Under the pieces are notes generated by a model. That model was given only the letters and a program-made list of their open reading frames with translations. It was not told where the DNA came from and searched no databases. A stretch of 63,886 nt of DNA, the filler included, from Pirum gemmata (lineage: Eukaryota), in NCBI GenBank assembly GCA_002812295.1. It is 27 parts of 27 records of this genome, joined end to end, with 100 filler letters (N's around TTAATTAATTAA, not from the genome) between each part and the next. Parts side by side here need not be neighbours in the genome. Positions count along the whole stretch, not along the records: positions 61,801 to 63,886 come from PDIN01008741.1; 26 more parts are not named here. One strand, 5' to 3'. Positions 61,821-63,886 of the stretch are shown here, one piece after another; within the stretch, counting starts at the first letter, position 1, and each line of letters opens with the position of its first letter. The position numbers and the translations under genes are program-made.

Positions 61821-63300
61821 TCATCTATTATTTCGATTTTGGTGTTCAATTTCGGTTGCTCGCCGTGCCCTCATCTCAACAGCCAGGGTTTCCTTCAACA
61901 TTTTCATTTCCAATTTCATTGCATCTACTTGACTTTGTAGACTATTAATGTAGGATATTACTTCATTCGAATTGGCGGTATGACTTAGTTGTTGCGTGGA
62001 GCTTTGATGCTGTGGAACGGTATTTAAGGTAGGTGAACTTATTTGACTAATCGCGTTAAAACCCCCCGTAGCACTAACGTTTGGGGTTAATACACTATTA
62101 TTAATAACTCCCACATCATTATTACTAACCTGGCTTTGGTTCCCAGAGAGTTGATTGGCTGCACTGGGCGTACGCATAGTTGGGGGTTTAGCGATAATTT
62201 CAACTTGATTGGTTGGTTCGTTGTTAGAGGACATTGTATTACTAGTGGATTTAGCTTGTTTACGTAAAGATCGGAAGGTGTCCATAATAGTTTTCTTACT
62301 GCCACTATTATTACTTGAAGAAATATCATGATTCGGGGCACCATAACCAGCCCCACCTGCCACTAATAACGAAGCGGATTGCAAAATCGCGGTAATGGAT
62401 TCGTCTCTTTCGGTTTCTGAATTGCAGGTTCCCACCAATACGTTTTTCCCATTAGAATAAATGACAAAAGCAAAATCATAATCACCCTCATCATATTGAC
62501 AAGCATGCACTCCAGCTAAAGGTAACCGATCACGAAGTTTATATTGAGTTTTATTTACTTTATAAAACTTATTCAAAATCAATACCACTTCCTTAAACAC
62601 TAAAATGACCCTCTCCCGCAGATTATTGTCTTTTGCACTAGGAGATAATACATTAATAAAATATTCCAAATTCCCGAGAGTACCAATTTGAATAGCCGGC
62701 AGTCCTTCTACATCACTTAATAACACACTACGTTCAAATTCTTTTAATTTTCTTACCCTTGCGGCCGCTTCAGCAATTTGTTGATAGTTGACTACAGCCT
62801 CAGACAGAGCTGGCTTATCCGGGTGAGAATCCTCCGTGTTCCGCGCTACTTCTTTTAATAAATTACTATAAGCTTCGATTCTTTTAATAGGTTTATTCAA
62901 ATTAGAAGGTATAACTACGCCTGCTAATTTGTTTTTACCTGAATCGGCCATCTTATGTTTATCTAAAAATTCTACAAAGACGGGGTCATTTTTATATTTA
63001 CGATAGACATCCACGGCCAGAGGATGAGCCGCATGATAACGATAATATAAATCGCGAAAATCATTTTCAAATTCCAAAAACAATGCACCGAGTTTGCAAT
63101 CTTCTTCGTTTTCAGCAGTGCCTTCGGGGTACACACGCGAATAGAATTTGTTGTGGAATTGAACTACATGAAATAAATTACAAAGCAACGCACGCTTGGC
63201 TTTGTCGGGTATTTGCGGTAATTCTGTTCTTAAAGGGCCAGAGTAAGCTTTAAGAAACTCTTCTAGCTCACAGGTGTATATGTATTCAGTCTCTATTAAT
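61821..63300 (-). CDS. ARHGEF7: PIX-like (ARHGEF6/7) RhoGEF, terminal exon: DH-PH, low-complexity linker, C-terminal coiled coil
   Basis: The exon begins at a TAG acceptor (63301-63303) with LIETEYIY (DH CR1), then L.KP.KR...Y..LLKE..R.TED.HPD, VRK.KE.E..L, I.TLGN, ER....F..V (PH). It ends in SLQSQVDAMKLEMKMLKETLAVEMRARRATE, resembling the beta-PIX trimerisation coiled coil (recalled as ..MKKSLEEEQRARKDLE). Confidence 0.85.
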
Positions 63301-63335
63301 CTATTTGATGGAAGATGGAATAATAAATGATTATT

Positions 63336-63415
<80 letters not shown>

Positions 63416-63516
63416 ATCTTTAATGATTATCATTCACAGATGTATATTTACTCTGTCTATATTAATCTATTTGATGTATGATGTAATAAATGATGACAAT
63501 GATTATTGTTTTTATT

Positions 63517-63575
<59 letters not shown>

Positions 63576-63886
63576 NNNNNNNNNNNNNNNGGTGGTGGTG
63601 GTGGTGGTGGTGGTGGTGGTGGTGGTGGTGAGCAACATGATGATGATGGCAACGACGAAGGTGACGATGGTGATGATGGTAATAATGATGATGATTCTAA
63701 ACTTTAACCAATAATCACTAACTCCTAGCTCTAACTCTAACCTTACCCTCCTAACTCTTACCCTCTTAACCCTAACCACTCTTAATCCTAGCCAATCCTA
63801 ACCTTGACCCCCCTAATCCTAACCCTTCTAACCCTAACCCTTCTAACCCTAACCCTTCTAACCCTAACCCTTCTAACCCTAACCCT

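Noticed and set aside
1..63886. Ciliate-like nanochromosomes (2-kb pieces with telomeric repeats)
   Set aside because: Repeats occur internally, in either orientation and within introns. Many contigs end in other microsatellites or mid-gene, so the fragments reflect assembly breaks at simple repeats.

Overview
This is not one contiguous locus. It is 27 short (mostly ~2 kb) contigs/scaffolds of a very AT-rich, microsatellite-laden eukaryotic genome, joined by 26 identical artificial 100-bp linkers (44 N + TTAATTAATTAA + 44 N), so gene neighbourhood across linkers means nothing. Gene content combines animal-like signalling/chromatin proteins (PIX-type RhoGEF, ARID4-like C-terminus) with families best known from fungi (DUF1996, LCCL membrane protein). 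Together with GT-AG introns and TTAGGG repeats, this suggests a unicellular holozoan such as an ichthyosporean (inference only). Recognisable host genes or exons: a GT14/Branch glycosyltransferase, the last exon of a DEAH-box helicase, DUF1996, midasin, a Kazal inhibitor, a GPI-type repeat protein, an LCCL membrane protein, a poly-Asp/choice-of-anchor-A surface receptor, three Nup205 exons and a PIX-like RhoGEF. Manual translation across frameshifts found four decayed genes largely missed by the ORF track: a Fanzor2/TnpB-like RNA-guided nuclease relic (291-938), an XPG/Exo1-like nuclease relic with a shortened arch, an internally deleted piggyBac transposase and an RNI-like LRR array. Non-coding DNA holds at least six MITE-like families that often cluster, a long hairpin, a CRE/E2F/G-tract array, and telomere-like repeats inside introns of conserved genes. 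All homology calls come from motif recognition by eye; no database searches were run.
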